Source of the DNA: Histomonas meleagridis 2922-C6/04-290x
Lineage: Eukaryota > Protista > Parabasalia
Assembly: GCA_020184695.1 (NCBI GenBank)
Contig: JAANOX010000212.1
Coordinates: forward strand, 1-64,000
DNA: 64,000 nucleotides
Direction of reading: 5' to 3'
This document shows, piece by piece, positions 17,624-28,185 of this stretch (its first letter is position 1; each line of letters opens with the position of its first letter). The notes beneath the pieces are model-generated. The model worked only from the letters and a program-made list of their open reading frames with translations, was not told where the DNA came from and ran no database searches. A program made the position numbers and the translations under genes.

Positions 17624-20600
17624 ATGGATTTTACAAGAAGAAATGTGTTTACGAATGTACTTGAGAATCAGATGCCAAAAAACACACAAGCAAATACTCT
17701 AGGACCAAAAGTAAGTGAAAATGAGGAGAGTTCACCAATAATATTTGTTGATAACAAATACCAAATTCGGTGGGCAATACATAATTTTTCACATCAACCA
17801 AATGTCATTGAATCTCCTCTTTTCACGTGTGTGCAAATTAAACTTAAATTTCGATTATCTTTTTTGGAAAATAAAGTAATATTAACATCAAATTTCATTG
17901 AATTTCCAGGTCAGTGCCCTCAATACATGGGTGTAATTTGTAATTCAAATCCATCTAATTCTTCAATATTTCGTTCGTACTTTGTTTTTGAAAATAAATC
18001 ATTTGAACATTCCAACGTTTTTCCGAATGTAACTCGTCAAATATTGACTGAGCAAAATGGGTGGCTTATAAATGATTCTTTATTTGTTCAAATCGAGATA
18101 GTTCAACCTCCACCCAAAACCCCAATGATTCGAACAAACTCATTCAAAAAGCTTGTTTCAAACATCTCTTTTTTCAAAGGTAAATATTTATTTGACTGGC
18201 CAATTGACAAAAGTGACATTAATTCTGAGAGTTTTGAATCTCCCAAATTTCGATGCGGAAATATTTGTTTTGACATCACATTAATCCAAAAGAATGGAAC
18301 TGCTTCACTTACATTTAATTTCCAACTTAAAAAACCAACAAATATACAAATTAAAGGAGCATTAAAAAATGTTATTTCTAATTTGTCCAAAACATTTTCA
18401 TTTTCAAAGTTAGTTACACCAACTGAAAACATTTTAACAGAACAAATCTTTGATGATTTTCCTTCTATTCTTTCACAGTTCGGATTTTTAAGTACAGAAG
18501 GAAATTATACTTTTGATTTCGAATTAATTCATACTGAAGAAAACATAAATAATCAAAAGCCAAAGCAACTTGAACTCGAATCTTTTATGTTACCATCAAA
18601 ACCAACAAATGTGAACACAATATCTAAGATCGAGATACCATTATTTGTATTAAACGAAGCACAAAATTCATCAACACAATATAATGGTATCATCAATCAA
18701 GGATCCACAAGTTATTTAAACTCATCGATCCAATATTTATATCATATTAATGCATTCCGTAATTTTATTTATCATATCGAAACTACAAATCCACAAAATA
18801 CTGTTGTCAAAAGTTTACAGAGTTTATTTGGTATGCTCGAATTAGGTCATTCTTCATGTTCAACTAAGGAACTTACTAAAAGTTTTGGTTGGACTGATGA
18901 GAAATCTTCTCAATATTTTAAGATTCAAGATTTTCTTCAATATTTTCTTGATAGACTTCAATCTGAAGTTGGACAAGTTAATGAATTAAAGAATATAATT
19001 CCATCATTTTTTCAAGGGACTATAAATCATTATATAATTCACATACAGAATGGAAAAGAAAATTCATCGAATGAAAGATTTACAATTTTATCATTAAGCA
19101 CAAATAATTATAATAATTTATTTGATGCATTTAAAAATAATTTAATTAAAGAACAAAAAGAAATTATTTTAAGCAATGCAAATGAAAACGAAGAAATAAT
19201 TAAAGGAAAGAAAATCATTTCATTACCTTCAGTATTACAAATTTATCTTAATAGAGATACAAATCAACATAAACAAAATAATTTTTCAATGAAAAGACAA
19301 GATGATAATTATTTTGAATTTCCAGAAGTTATAAATTTTTCGGAATTAATTCCAACAGAAACTTCTAATTTCCATTTATATTCTGTTATTGTTCAATCAG
19401 GAATTCCAGGGAAAGAATTTTATTATATATTTTTACGTCCAAATCTTAATGATGAATGGTATGAATTTAAAGATAGTTCTGTATGTAAAGTAAGTAAAGA
19501 AAATGCAATTCAAGATAACTATGGAGGTGAATTAGCACCAAATATTTTGAAGTCATATTATGCTACAATGTTAATTTATGTTAAAGAAACAGAAATTCCG
19601 AATTTTTTTCAACAAAATTTAATCGATGATATTCCACAAAAAATAAAAGATATTGTTCAACAAAAAGAAATTATTAAAGAACATGAAAATGCACTAAAAA
19701 AAATGCATGAGAATATGGTGATAATTTCGGTATTAAAAGAAGAGAACATTAAAGAAGCAACAATTAATCATGTGAGAATGATTCAATCAATTCAAACAGA
19801 AAAGATTGAAATGAATCAAAATTTAACATATTTCGATTTATATGAAGGAATTGGTATTCAAAACATACGAATTTGGATATTTTATAAGAATAGTGTTGTA
19901 CCAAATCGAATCATACCGAAAGTTACCACAATGAAACTCCAAAATCTTGTTGAAGGATTACCAAACAAAGAAATCAAAATATTTGTTCAAGAAATTCAAC
20001 CAAATGAAAACGTCGAAATCGAACCAAATTCTATACTTTTATTTATAAAATTCTTTTTTTCACATATTAAATGTCCATTACAATATATAAAGAGTATTGT
20101 CTTTAATTATAATCAACCAATAAAAGATATTTTTAATGACATCTCCAAAACAATTGGAATTCCCGAAACAGAACCAATTCGAATATTAATAGAAAACGAT
20201 AAATTACCTAATGATATACCCAAATTACTTAAAAATGATTTAAGTTGTTCTGAACAATCGATTGAAAATGCATCTGTTTTAATATTTGAACTTGTTAATG
20301 ATAACATATTTGAACCACCAAAAGAAATATGTTTAATTAATGAGGAAGAAACAGAATTAAATCAAGAAGTTAATGAATATCCGATTTTTGATTATTTCGA
20401 TTATTTCGAACCAATACAATATAAATCGGTACAAGAATATTATCCATTCTTCGATACCAAAGTTGAATTTGATTTAGCATTCATCAGACAAATCGATAAA
20501 ATATTTGGAACATGTCGAATTCCACTTTCGATTACAATTCCAAATCTTAAAGTATTCATTGCTAAAATAATGAACATTGATTATTCGCCAAATAGTAATA

Positions 20601-21274
20601 CAATTGTGTTACATAAAATGAACGTGATGACTAAAATGCCCGGAAACATTTTGGATCAAGTGACTTCGATACAAACAAAGAAGAAAAACGAAAGAGAAAT
20701 TTTATTTTTCGGATTTCTACCAAATGTAAGTGAAGCCCAATTCCTTCAATTAATACCTATAAACGTGCAGTTTTCATATGACGCTATTAAAATATTCCAT
20801 GAACAATGTATTTACGTGCCAAAAGAAGTGAAATGTATTGAAATTTTGGACATGTTCATTCAATTTTCGGGAATAAGTAAAATAGAGGGGCCGTTTAGAT
20901 ACTTGGTGATAAATTCAAACAAAATCGATATGATTTTGAACGAAACCGACAATTTCACTCAAATATACAGTACACTCAGAATCGAAAAAGTGCTGCACTC
21001 ACAATTAGGAAATGGAAACACGAAGTTAATACAAATAATTTGTAAAGATGGACCAAACATTCACCCGCCATTTCTGCTGGAATTTAGCCCTAATGAAATG
21101 TTTTTGGCATTAAAAGTTAGAATTGGAATGTTATTGAAAATTGACCAAGAGGAGATCAACCAATTTGATTGCAAGTTAAGAATTGCAATCGGATTGGGTA
21201 TGATACAGTTGGATGACTCAACTTTGATGAATCAGAAAATTACATATAATTCGGAAATTATCATGATAAAATAA
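17624..21274 (+). CDS. USP7-like protein (MATH-like domains + USP domain + ubiquitin-like C-terminal region), probably catalytically inactive
   Basis: GIINQGSTSYLNSSIQ (Cys-box with Ser in place of Cys), LYSVIVQSG, WYEFKDSSVCKVSKENAIQDNYGG, ATMLIYVK; N-terminal RWAIHNFS and FDWPID MATH-like starts. Confidence 0.8.
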   Translation: MDFTRRNVFTNVLENQMPKNTQANTLGPKVSENEESSPIIFVDNKYQIRWAIHNFSHQPNVIESPLFTCVQIKLKFRLSFLENKVILTSNFIEFPGQCPQYMGVICNSNPSNSSIFRSYFVFENKSFEHSNVFPNVTRQILTEQNGWLINDSLFVQIEIVQPPPKTPMIRTNSFKKLVSNISFFKGKYLFDWPIDKSDINSESFESPKFRCGNICFDITLIQKNGTASLTFNFQLKKPTNIQIKGALKNVISNLSKTFSFSKLVTPTENILTEQIFDDFPSILSQFGFLSTEGNYTFDFELIHTEENINNQKPKQLELESFMLPSKPTNVNTISKIEIPLFVLNEAQNSSTQYNGIINQGSTSYLNSSIQYLYHINAFRNFIYHIETTNPQNTVVKSLQSLFGMLELGHSSCSTKELTKSFGWTDEKSSQYFKIQDFLQYFLDRLQSEVGQVNELKNIIPSFFQGTINHYIIHIQNGKENSSNERFTILSLSTNNYNNLFDAFKNNLIKEQKEIILSNANENEEIIKGKKIISLPSVLQIYLNRDTNQHKQNNFSMKRQDDNYFEFPEVINFSELIPTETSNFHLYSVIVQSGIPGKEFYYIFLRPNLNDEWYEFKDSSVCKVSKENAIQDNYGGELAPNILKSYYATMLIYVKETEIPNFFQQNLIDDIPQKIKDIVQQKEIIKEHENALKKMHENMVIISVLKEENIKEATINHVRMIQSIQTEKIEMNQNLTYFDLYEGIGIQNIRIWIFYKNSVVPNRIIPKVTTMKLQNLVEGLPNKEIKIFVQEIQPNENVEIEPNSILLFIKFFFSHIKCPLQYIKSIVFNYNQPIKDIFNDISKTIGIPETEPIRILIENDKLPNDIPKLLKNDLSCSEQSIENASVLIFELVNDNIFEPPKEICLINEEETELNQEVNEYPIFDYFDYFEPIQYKSVQEYYPFFDTKVEFDLAFIRQIDKIFGTCRIPLSITIPNLKVFIAKIMNIDYSPNSNTIVLHKMNVMTKMPGNILDQVTSIQTKKKNEREILFFGFLPNVSEAQFLQLIPINVQFSYDAIKIFHEQCIYVPKEVKCIEILDMFIQFSGISKIEGPFRYLVINSNKIDMILNETDNFTQIYSTLRIEKVLHSQLGNGNTKLIQIICKDGPNIHPPFLLEFSPNEMFLALKVRIGMLLKIDQEEINQFDCKLRIAIGLGMIQLDDSTLMNQKITYNSEIIMIK

Positions 21275-21638
21275 TACATAGAAGTATCTGTGGAATCAGA
21301 AAACGATAGTTGTTCTTCACTATCTTAGAGCAACGAATGAAAATTAAAATGTTGAAATTTTGTTATTTCAATGATAAATTTCATGTTTTTAAGTTTAGCT
21401 TAATAAAGTGTTTTTAGCTTTAATTTTTTTTAATAAAATTACTTGGAGGAAAACATAGTTTGCGTTTTTGAATTATAATTATATCTTCAATCGATTAAAT
21501 TTGATACAAACACATATCAAAAGCTCAATGAATTTCTTGCTGTTTGAGGAAAAGAAATTTATTAAACAAAAACTCTTTAAATTAACGAATCTCGAAATTA
21601 AGAAATGACATGTGATGTTAAAAATCAGCAAATAACCA

Positions 21639-23024
21639 ATGGGCGACTGTTTGCTCAGCGTTTTCCATTTAGTTAAAGATCAAAGCAACTTTGAAGGCTG
21701 CCTTTCCATTTACTATTCTAATTATATTCCTACATTATCTTTTGTACGTTATTCAGTCCCAAATCTAAATCTTAGCGTTTTTCCATTTAATACAATGACA
21801 CAAATTGTCACAACAATTGAAGAAAACAAATACGAAATCTCGTTTCTTCTATCTGGTCAACCAGCCCCAACGATTTTTTCATTTTCATCTAAATATGATG
21901 TATGGACATTTATTCAAATCACTGTTGCAAACGGCATTATACGTTCTGTTCCAGATCAACCTAATACATGGGCCACATCAGGTTCTGGTCGCCCCTCTGA
22001 TACAATTGAATGGATTTTCGAAAATTCACCCTCACAAAATACATTAACCACAATACATCACAACTCTTGTACTCCTTATTTTCAGTCTTCCCTTGGTGCC
22101 AACTTTTCATTTTCAGCGCACAGAGACATCCTCCAAAACCTCATTTCCCATGGCAAAAATTTACCATTTTACCCTCAACTGCAAAAACCGCTCGACAAGT
22201 CTCAATTTGAGAAATTCTATAGTTCGAATTCAAAGCTCAAAGAATATTTGGCGGTTAGGAGGCAATGGCAACTTCGCATTTCAGAACAATACAGAATACG
22301 ATCACAACACAATCAAAAAGTGGAAATGTTAACTCAAAAATTGCTTAACGTTCAATGGAGCAAAAAATCTGTTTCCTTGGTATACAATGTCGTAAGGACA
22401 ATGATAACCTTTGCCCCAGAATTATCTTATGATGATAGCATTTGTGATATCACACTTTTTATTGCCGAACTTGTTTTAGATGATTTAGAAAAAGATGACG
22501 ATGAATCTCAATCAAAGTTATTCTGGGTACTAAACGCAGTTCTGTTTGAGTTCGGTCAATCTCAATGGTATACAAATCAAGAACAATCCAAATCAGATCT
22601 AATAAATGACATAATTGAGATCATGGCATGTTTATATCCAGCAGTTGGGTTCTTTATCAGCTACGAAGACTACGAAATGTTCAAACATTGTATCAATGCT
22701 GTCGTTTCTATGTTTGTACATGTATTCAAAAAAGATCTTCTTAAAAAGTTATGGAATTTAATCTTCAAAGCAGGCGATGTAAACGCACTGTGCACGCCAC
22801 TGCTTACTGCGCTATTGTTCTTTGAATTCCCGGAATTGAACAAGTCTCGAGTTCCAGATATGAATCATATCTCGAAACTTTTCAACGAAGAATATCATGT
22901 CGAAGACGAAAATGACTTTTTGGCAATCGTGGCTGCAATCGAAGAGAAGCTGCCTTTGTTCGAAAGACCTTCTGAGGTCATTGATTTCTCTTGCAATCTC
23001 TTTAAGCCTCTGTCGTTTGAATGA
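21639..23024 (+). CDS. Divergent TBC/Rab-GAP-like protein with N-terminal PH-like region
   Basis: YLAVRRQWQ, LFWVLNAVL, LKKLWNLIF and LLTALLF resemble the TBC1D15/16 layout; catalytic fingers not recognisable. Confidence 0.5.
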   Translation: MGDCLLSVFHLVKDQSNFEGCLSIYYSNYIPTLSFVRYSVPNLNLSVFPFNTMTQIVTTIEENKYEISFLLSGQPAPTIFSFSSKYDVWTFIQITVANGIIRSVPDQPNTWATSGSGRPSDTIEWIFENSPSQNTLTTIHHNSCTPYFQSSLGANFSFSAHRDILQNLISHGKNLPFYPQLQKPLDKSQFEKFYSSNSKLKEYLAVRRQWQLRISEQYRIRSQHNQKVEMLTQKLLNVQWSKKSVSLVYNVVRTMITFAPELSYDDSICDITLFIAELVLDDLEKDDDESQSKLFWVLNAVLFEFGQSQWYTNQEQSKSDLINDIIEIMACLYPAVGFFISYEDYEMFKHCINAVVSMFVHVFKKDLLKKLWNLIFKAGDVNALCTPLLTALLFFEFPELNKSRVPDMNHISKLFNEEYHVEDENDFLAIVAAIEEKLPLFERPSEVIDFSCNLFKPLSFE

Positions 23025-23847
23025 AGCATCAGACATTTGTATGTACTTTTTATTCAAATAAACGCTTTTAATGTGCTATTTTTTCTGTAAGATGCTGAGC
23101 CTCACATAAAGTCCAAAAATTAGGATTATTATTCAAGCAATGAGTGTTGGTGATATAAATGTACACCATTTCTACCATTTATTTATCTGTTTTGTACAAA
23201 TATATTGTTAAAAATTCATAGCATTACAATAATTATGATTTTTCCGCCATATTGCGTGATATCACATGTAAAACCATTTATCAAATAAAACTGCTTTTCA
23301 CAATGAATATGAATTTCCAATCATTTTTCCAACACGTCAAAAAGGATTCCACAGTTAACTATGAGAATCCACTCTACAACGAAGCAGAAGATTATCCATT
23401 CGCTGACGATTTCGATGACGAGTAAATATTTATACCAAAGTTTCTTCGACAATAAAAAGGGATTTTTGGGAATTTGTTTTTGATTAAGTTTCAGTTTAAT
23501 ATTTTCGTGCGCCTTTTACAGCTGAAAGGAATGAGTTCACATAAGAAATGAGTTCTCAATAGTGTTATATGAGACACGAACAACTAAACGATGCACTAAT
23601 AATAGCAAATAATTGAAGCCCATTAACTTGCAATTGTATTAAATGAATAAAGAAGATCCAAAGAATTCTTATGAATAAGGAAGATGGATTAAATGACTAA
23701 ATAGGGGTATTAAATAAGTACATGAGCACCAAAAGAAAAAGAAATACGTACAAAAAGAATAAAAAATATTTAAAACTGTATTAACGAATGAGTATTAAGG
23801 ATCTAATGTCAAATAGTACACAAATAAAATTAATTCCATAAAACTAT

Positions 23848-26298
23848 TTACTTTGCTGTGTACACAGACTCGTTTATCATCGTCTGGGCGTTTCCGAAAT
23901 CAGAAGATATCGCATTCGATCTCCTCCTCTTTGTCACCATGTGCCACACCAAGAAAATCACAAACACGACGAATATCAAAGGAACCAAAACGCTCAAAAT
24001 AATAGCTGAGTGATCTGAAGGAATATAACCTTTACATTCCCCATATCCATATTCGACATCGAGTCCACCAAAGCTATCACTATAATAAAAGCTGTGGACG
24101 AACACTTTTTTCGCAGGCACTCTTGTGAATGCACTTTTGCTTACAAAGCTCGGGTTGTAATCTCCTTCGAAGTATATACAATTAAGAGATTCACAATATT
24201 CAAACGCGTAATCTTCGATACAGTCAATACCTTCACCAAGTTCGACATGTGTTAATGCGGAACATCTTGAGAAAGCAAATTGTTCAATTCGTTTGATATT
24301 CGGAGGGAATGTAACATGTGTTAACATTGAACAATCTTCGAATGTATGGTTCGAAATTGTTGTTAATCCTCTTCCGAATGTAATTTCCTTCAGACTTTTA
24401 CAGTAATTGAACGCATAATTGCCGACGTATGTAACCGAGTCTGGGAATGTGAATGATGTAAGTTCACGACAAACACTAAATGCATCTTGACCAATGTATG
24501 TAAGGTTATCACTGATGACAATATCACTTAAACAATAACATAAATTAAACAAATATTCCGATATTATTCGTATGCCAGGTATATAGGCGTAACGTAGCTT
24601 TCTACAATCCTGAAATCCGGATTTTGATATATTCACTACATTCGGTATTTCAATCCGTTCTATGTAATAACAATTTTCAAATGCATTTGATCCAATCGTA
24701 AAGTTATCATACGTTGACTGAGGGATTGTTATGTTAATAAGGTTATGACATGATGAGAATGCTGACTCATTAATATATTGTAAGTGATTCCCAAATTTAA
24801 TCGATGATATTTTACTTGAATAAAATGCATAAGCGCCAATGATTGAAACTGTTTCAATGTTCACTTCTATTATATCATCATCTTTATAAAATTGTCGACT
24901 GTAAATTTCATCTCCTTTTAATAAGGTAAATGATTTAATGACAAGGCGCTTCATAATTCCTTTGAGGGATTCATAACTTTTACCAAGAGTTAAGTTATAG
25001 AAGACGCAATAAGTAAACATGTCACTGTATACATTTTTAAATACATTATCTCCAATTGTTAAGTTCTTAAATTTACATGAATAAAAGCCATAACTTGAAA
25101 TGGTGGTAAGTGATTCTGGTAATTTGATATCCGAAAGTAAATTGCAATTATAAAATGCATATTCATCAATAGATAAAAGACCTTCAGAGAAGTAGACATG
25201 TCCCAACGATCGACATTCATAAAAAGCACGCGTTTCGATCTCTGTGACTTCTTTCGGGATGACAATGCTCTCTAATGATGTACATGATGAAAATGTACTG
25301 CTCGTAATTTTGGTTATTTTGGGTAATGTTACAGTGGTTAAGTTCTTGCAATAATAAAAAACTTTGTTCCCAAACATTAAACTGACTTCGGAGGTAAGAT
25401 TAACAGTTTGTAGGTTCGAACAACCATCAAATGCATTGTCACCGACACTCGTGACGTTTGTGATCGTGACTTCGGTCAATGAATGACATTCGGAGAATGA
25501 ATATGAACCAAGTTCTTGAAGTGAGTCTGGGAAATTAATAGATGTCAAATTTTGGCATTGATAAAATGCATACGAATGAATAGATGTGACCGTGCCAGGA
25601 AGAGTTACACTAACTAATGATGAACATGAATCAAATGTTGATGATGGAATTGAACCGATAATCAAATTATCAAAATAAACATACTTCAATCCGCTGCATT
25701 TATAGAATATGCTGCTTTCAAGTGATGCACTCTCTTTTGAACTTATATTGACTTTGACTAAATTAGTACATAAATAAAATGCTTTTTCTCCAATCGTTGT
25801 GATATTTGGAATATTAACTTCTTGCAAATTTTCACAGTAAGAAAATGCTTTTTCTCCAATCGTTGTGATATTTGGAATATTAACTTCTTGCAAATTTTCA
25901 CAGTAATAAAATGCTTTTTCTCCTATGTTTTTAAGTGATTCAGGAAACATAAAGTTAAAAAGAGAACCGCATGTATAAAATGCACTGGCACCAATCTCTG
26001 TGAAGTTCTTGCCACTAGAAAATGTAACAGTCTGAAGATTGGGACATGACGAAAAAGCATATGATGATATTTCATTAAGTGAATCGCCAATTGTAACTTT
26101 TGTTAAAACAGGCCATTCGTAAAATGCACGACTGGCAATGGTATAAACGCCAACTCCAATTTCAAGATATTGAGTAGTTTCTTGAAAATCAACATAATCA
26201 TTTTGACGAATAACATCTTTGTCTTTGATAACAAGAGTGTCACTACACAAAACAAAGCAATTAAATATTCCTGAAATAAGAAGGATATCCAATAGCAT
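23848..26298 (-). CDS. BspA-like (LRR_5/TpLRR) surface protein with signal peptide, C-terminal TM and short cytoplasmic tail
   Basis: Many IGxxAFxxCxxLxxxxxP repeats; hydrophobic N-terminus MLLDILLISGIFNCFVLC; TM AIILSVLVPLIFVVFVIFLVW followed by KRRRS. Confidence 0.92.
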   Translation of the reverse strand: MLLDILLISGIFNCFVLCSDTLVIKDKDVIRQNDYVDFQETTQYLEIGVGVYTIASRAFYEWPVLTKVTIGDSLNEISSYAFSSCPNLQTVTFSSGKNFTEIGASAFYTCGSLFNFMFPESLKNIGEKAFYYCENLQEVNIPNITTIGEKAFSYCENLQEVNIPNITTIGEKAFYLCTNLVKVNISSKESASLESSIFYKCSGLKYVYFDNLIIGSIPSSTFDSCSSLVSVTLPGTVTSIHSYAFYQCQNLTSINFPDSLQELGSYSFSECHSLTEVTITNVTSVGDNAFDGCSNLQTVNLTSEVSLMFGNKVFYYCKNLTTVTLPKITKITSSTFSSCTSLESIVIPKEVTEIETRAFYECRSLGHVYFSEGLLSIDEYAFYNCNLLSDIKLPESLTTISSYGFYSCKFKNLTIGDNVFKNVYSDMFTYCVFYNLTLGKSYESLKGIMKRLVIKSFTLLKGDEIYSRQFYKDDDIIEVNIETVSIIGAYAFYSSKISSIKFGNHLQYINESAFSSCHNLINITIPQSTYDNFTIGSNAFENCYYIERIEIPNVVNISKSGFQDCRKLRYAYIPGIRIISEYLFNLCYCLSDIVISDNLTYIGQDAFSVCRELTSFTFPDSVTYVGNYAFNYCKSLKEITFGRGLTTISNHTFEDCSMLTHVTFPPNIKRIEQFAFSRCSALTHVELGEGIDCIEDYAFEYCESLNCIYFEGDYNPSFVSKSAFTRVPAKKVFVHSFYYSDSFGGLDVEYGYGECKGYIPSDHSAIILSVLVPLIFVVFVIFLVWHMVTKRRRSNAISSDFGNAQTMINESVYTAK
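25777..25908 (-). repeat. Near-exact 66-nt (22-aa) tandem LRR duplication inside the BspA gene
   Basis: aaaatgctttttctccaatcgttgtgatatttggaatattaacttcttgcaaattttcacagtaa occurs twice; protein YCENLQEVNIPNITTIGEKAF x2. Confidence 0.9.
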
Positions 26299-26824
26299 TA
26301 TGCTGTTGTGCTTTGGAATAGGTTAGAGTATTGAAAATTTGTGAAGCTTAAACCGTCCAAATGAAACCACATAAAGGGACCTGAAAAACGATCAAAACAT
26401 GACTTAACATCTCTATCGTTATGTAAAGTTTGTAAAAAGTCGGCCTAAAAATAATTGAGTCTTAAGGATAATCATGTTAAAACAAATACATCATTGCCCA
26501 AACAACCACAAATTAACTTTTCAGAAAGTCTATCAATAAAACCTTTCGGATAATATTATTTGGATAAAGAACATATTCTATGGTTTTTTATGACATTTCG
26601 TTAATTGTCATGTTGGAACAATATAACGAAATATAAATTCAACATAATGCTAACCATACCCAATTCGAAAGAAATATAATGCATCATGTATCCTATTTTA
26701 AAAATAGCTTCACAGATATTAATATCCAAAATCAACCTTATCAAAAAAACCAATTTATTTCATGTCAAAATAAATTGTGAGTTTTTGTTTTTGACAAAAA
26801 TACCAAAAAAAATTATTTTAGGTT

Positions 26825-27763
26825 TCAATTATTAGGATTAGTTTCTTCCAAATTCACAATCTTATCCTTATAATAAGAAAAGTTATCTGTTGTTAATATC
26901 ACTAATTCTCTTTTTGATTTTATATGATTTTGTGTAAATGGATTTACCTTTTTTTGAGTCAAAAGTTTCAACCAGGTACTATAATCCAGTACATACCCAT
27001 CTTTAGAAATGGTTGGAGTTTGCATTGGTTGCATTGTTATTTGATCAATGTGTCCTGGAATTGGATTCAAGAATATATATTTCTGGAGTTTTGTCTGTTT
27101 TTCACCTACTTTAAAGGTTGCTCCATTAAAAACAAATGATAATGAATTTATCGAAAATTCATCATCAATATACTCATGATCTGAACTTTCGTCCATATTC
27201 GGAAGCCGTCCGTTTTTACTTAATTTAGCATACATGTATCTACATTGGTTTACAGATTTTGTTTTAAGATAATGAGATATCGATTTAAAATCTTTACCAT
27301 ACTCTAAATATAATCGCTTGAATTGAACAACTTCGGAGCGTCGCCATTCTTTCTTTATGGTTTGTTTTTCATCTTCAAATAATTTATCTTCATTTATTTC
27401 AAAAAGATATTTATTTGCAATCCCATACTCAGCACTTGGCTTCCTTTTAAAGCACCTTTTACTTGATTCTTCAATAATAGTTTTAATAAAAGTTTGATCT
27501 TTTAATTTTTCTTTCATAATTTGGGTATCATCTTTACAGAATTCTAGTGCAATAAAAAAATCAACTGGCCTTCCTCTTGGCCATATTTTAAGAAAATCTA
27601 TAATGTTTGTATTTACTTTTTTAATTCGAAAATTAAAAATTGTTTTCCTATAATTCATAATGGATTTTGCTGTTTCTTGATCAATATCTTCAGGGGGTGG
27701 AGGAATAAAATCAATTCCATCATCTAATGTTAGAGATGATGAATCCAAATTTGATTGATCCAT
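26825..27763 (-). CDS. SANT/Myb + U-box domain protein
   Basis: EWRRSEVVQFKRLYLEYGKDFKSISHYLKTKSVNQCRYMY (SANT/Myb); DQITMQPMQTPTISKDGYVLDYSTWLKLL..VNPFTQ (U-box-like). Confidence 0.75.
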   Translation of the reverse strand: MDQSNLDSSSLTLDDGIDFIPPPPEDIDQETAKSIMNYRKTIFNFRIKKVNTNIIDFLKIWPRGRPVDFFIALEFCKDDTQIMKEKLKDQTFIKTIIEESSKRCFKRKPSAEYGIANKYLFEINEDKLFEDEKQTIKKEWRRSEVVQFKRLYLEYGKDFKSISHYLKTKSVNQCRYMYAKLSKNGRLPNMDESSDHEYIDDEFSINSLSFVFNGATFKVGEKQTKLQKYIFLNPIPGHIDQITMQPMQTPTISKDGYVLDYSTWLKLLTQKKVNPFTQNHIKSKRELVILTTDNFSYYKDKIVNLEETNPNN

Positions 27764-28185
27764 TATTTATTATTTCTTTTTAGAAAAAGTTTCTTACATC
27801 AGTGAGGACATTTGAATTTTGTGAAAGTATTTTGCGTTTCATAAAAAAATTGAAATAAACAATCCATAATCGTCTTTGTGAAATCCACAAAATGTTTTAT
27901 ATCGCACTTTTGAGATAAAGTACTTAATACTTGTTTATCGAAGTCAGAAGAAATTTTAAACCTCAGACTATGTTTACTGTTTTCTTTTAATTTTATTCAA
28001 ATATCATAAGATTCTGGACGAACCAAAAACGAAAAGTTCTTATGCTTTTCCGATTATCTCATTTATTACCAATTTCATCAGTTAATTGGATAAAGCAGTT
28101 TTAAGAAATGAAATCATTCACTATTTGAATTGATTATAATCGTTATTGACACAAATCAAAGAAATTTTTTTCCTCCACAAACAAA

